Below, piece after piece: positions 61,601 to 64,000 of a DNA stretch of 64,000 bases (the stretch's first letter is position 1; each line of letters begins with the position of its first letter). A model generated the notes under the pieces. The model ran no database searches. It was not told the DNA's origin and saw only the letters and a list, made by a program, of their open reading frames with translations. The stretch is from Hypanus sabinus. Taxonomy: Eukaryota. The stretch lies in NCBI RefSeq assembly GCF_030144855.1, contig NC_082714.1, positions 80,724,001 to 80,788,000 on the forward strand, read 5' to 3'. Position numbers and translations under genes: made by a program.

Positions 61601-63450
61601 TCTAAACCTTTCCTATCCGTGTACCTGTCCGTATCCCTCTAAACCTTTCCTATCTCTGTACCTGTCCACATCCCTCTAAACCTTTCCTATCCGTGTACCT
61701 GTCCGTATCCCTCTAAACCTTTCCTATCTGTGTACCTGTCCGTATCCCTCTGAACCTTTCCTATCTATATACCTGTCCGTATCCCTCTAAACTTTCCCTA
61801 TCCGTGTACCTGTCCATATCCCTCTGAACCTTTCCTATCCGTGTACCTGTCCGTATCCCTCTAAACCTTTCCTATCCGTGTACCTGTCCGTATCCCTCTG
61901 AACCTTTCCTATCCGTGTACCTGTCCGTATCCCTCTAAACCTTTCCTATCCGTGTACCTGTCTGTATCCCTCTGAACCTTTCCTATCCGTGTACCTGTCT
62001 GTATCCCTCTGAATTTTTCCTATCCGTGTCCCTGTCCGTATCCCTCTGAACCTTTCCTATCCGTGTACCTGTCCGTATCCCTCTAAACCTTTCCTATCGC
62101 TGTCCCTGTCTGTATCCCTCTGAACCTTTCCTATCGGTGTCCCTGTCTGTATCCCTCTGAACCTTTCCTATCCGTGTACCTGTCCGTATCCCTCTGAACC
62201 TTTCCTATCCGTGTACCTGTCCGTATCCCTCTAAACCTTTCCTATCCGTGTACCTGTCCACATCCCTCTAAACCTTTCCTATCTGTGTACCCGTCCTCAT
62301 CCCTCTAAACCTTTCCTATCCGTGTACCTGTCCGTATCCCTCTAAACCTTTCCTATCCATGTACCTGTCGACATTTATCCCTCTAAACCTTTCCTATCTG
62401 TGTACCTGTCCACATCCCTCTAAACCTTTCCTATCCGTGTACCTGTCCGTATCCCTCTAAACCTTTACTATCTGTGTACCTGTCTGTATCCCTCGAAACC
62501 TTTCCTATCTGTGTACCTGTCCACATCCCTCTAAACCTTTCCTATCCGTGTACCTGTCAACATCCCTCCAAATCTTTCCTATCCATGTACCTGTCCGTAT
62601 CCCTCTAAACCTTTCCTATCCATGTACCTGTCCGTAACCCTCTAAACCTTTCCTATCTCTGTACCTGTCCACATCCCTCTGAACCTTTCCTATCTGTGTA
62701 CCTGTCCATATCCCTCTGAACCTTTCCTATCCGTGTACCTGTCCGTATCCCTCTGAACCTTTCCTATCCGTGTACCTGTCCGTATCCCTCTGAACCTTTC
62801 CTATCCGTGTACCTGTCCGTATCCCTCTAAACCTTTCCTATCTGTGTACCTGTCTGTATCCCTCTGAACCTTTCCTATCCGTGTCCCTGTCTGTATCCCT
62901 CTGAACTTTTCCTATCCGTGTCCCTGTCCGTATCCCTCTGAACCTTTCCTATCCGTGTACCTGTCCGTATCCCTCTGAACCTTTCATATCCGTGTACCTG
63001 TCCGTATCCCTCTGAACCTTTCCTATCCGTGTACCTGTCCTCATCCCTCTAAACCTTTCCTATCCGTGTCCCTGTCCGTATCCCTCTGAACCTTTCCTAT
63101 CCATATACCTGTCTGTATCCCTCGAAACCTTTCCTATCCGTGTACCTGTCCGTATCCCTCTAAACCTTTCCTATCGGTGTCCCTGTCTGTATCCCTCTGA
63201 ACCTTTCCTATCCGTGTACCTGTCCGTATCCCTCTAAACCTTTCCTATCGGTGTCCCTGTCTGTATCCCTCTGAACCTTTCCTATCCGTGTACCTGTCCG
63301 TATCCATCTAAACCTTCCCTATCCGTATCCCTCTAAACCTTTCCTATCGGTGTCCCTGTCTGTATCCCTCTGAACCTTTCCTATCCGTGTACCTGTCCGT
63401 ATCCCTCTAAACATTTCCTATCCTTTTATCTGTCCGTATCCCTCTGAACC
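58696..63450. repeat. 37-bp minisatellite, ~128 copies, CR1-derived, with a 2191-bp higher-order duplication
   Basis: Same unit as 24700-25435, preceded by a reverse CR1 3' UTR (58610-58695); rare variant units recur exactly 2191 bp apart. Confidence 0.97.
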
Positions 63451-64000
63451 GCGTTTGAACCCGGGTCTCTGTGGTGGTGATATCACTGTGCTGTGATAAC
63501 CGTAGTAACTCCTCGTCGTTCCAACAGGATCCACAGGTTCAATCCCACAATTTCCAACACAGGTTTTGCTGCCCCTGTCCTTGTGTTTCACTTCCCTCAA
63601 CTAATTTCCCAAAGGAATTGTTCATCTCCAAAGCAGACCATCTTGGACGGCCCACCAGACTGTTTCTAGAGAGAGCAATCGCAGGGAAGTGAACTCTGGG
63701 TGCCTGACCTCACTGCAAGTCCAACCTGCCAGTTAAACCTGAATTTAAATTTGTTTTTTTAATCTCCTACGTATAGAATCAAACATGCAGAATCAGGCCC
63801 TTTGGCCCAACTCATCTAAGCTGATTCTGTAACCCCTCTGCGCTCTTTCTCCACCACTCCACCACGTCAATGCTGCTGTCACATATAGCGTCTGCCTGTA
63901 ACCCTGCTTTGGGTCATGGGGAGCAGGTTGGGGCCAGGGTTCGGTTAGACACTGGTTAATGAGGCCAAGTAACCCGGTTAGCCATTATGTGGCTATCAGT

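Overview
Vertebrate genomic DNA, most likely a cartilaginous fish such as a ray or shark (inferred from the repeat landscape, not proven). It is dominated by CR1, Rex1/L2-like and Penelope-like retroelements plus G/C-skewed minisatellites. Two host loci are recognisable. (1) A complete six-exon VPS72/YL1 gene on + (CDS 23118-50502, 1095 nt, 364 aa, all GT-AG, phases consistent). (2) A divergently oriented aquaglyceroporin gene, best read as AQP10-like, on - (exons at 5923-6002, 4229-4366, 1921-2013). It looks pseudogenised: out-of-frame ATG, a 26-nt frameshifting deletion in exon 4, H>R before NPA, and no detectable exon 2. VPS72 intron 1 holds three near-full-length transposons side by side (hAT/Charlie, Tc1, L1), all with target-site duplications. 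Less obvious structure: minimal hammerhead-ribozyme motifs at Penelope element ends; minisatellites expanded out of LINE coding sequence (a 37-bp CR1-derived unit at two loci, one with a 2191-bp higher-order duplication, and a 100-bp unit); a dispersed 52-bp minisatellite that shares a leader sequence between loci; a ~650-nt AG-free polypyrimidine tract before VPS72 exon 2; and a CTCF-like site downstream of VPS72. Boundaries of degraded repeats are approximate.
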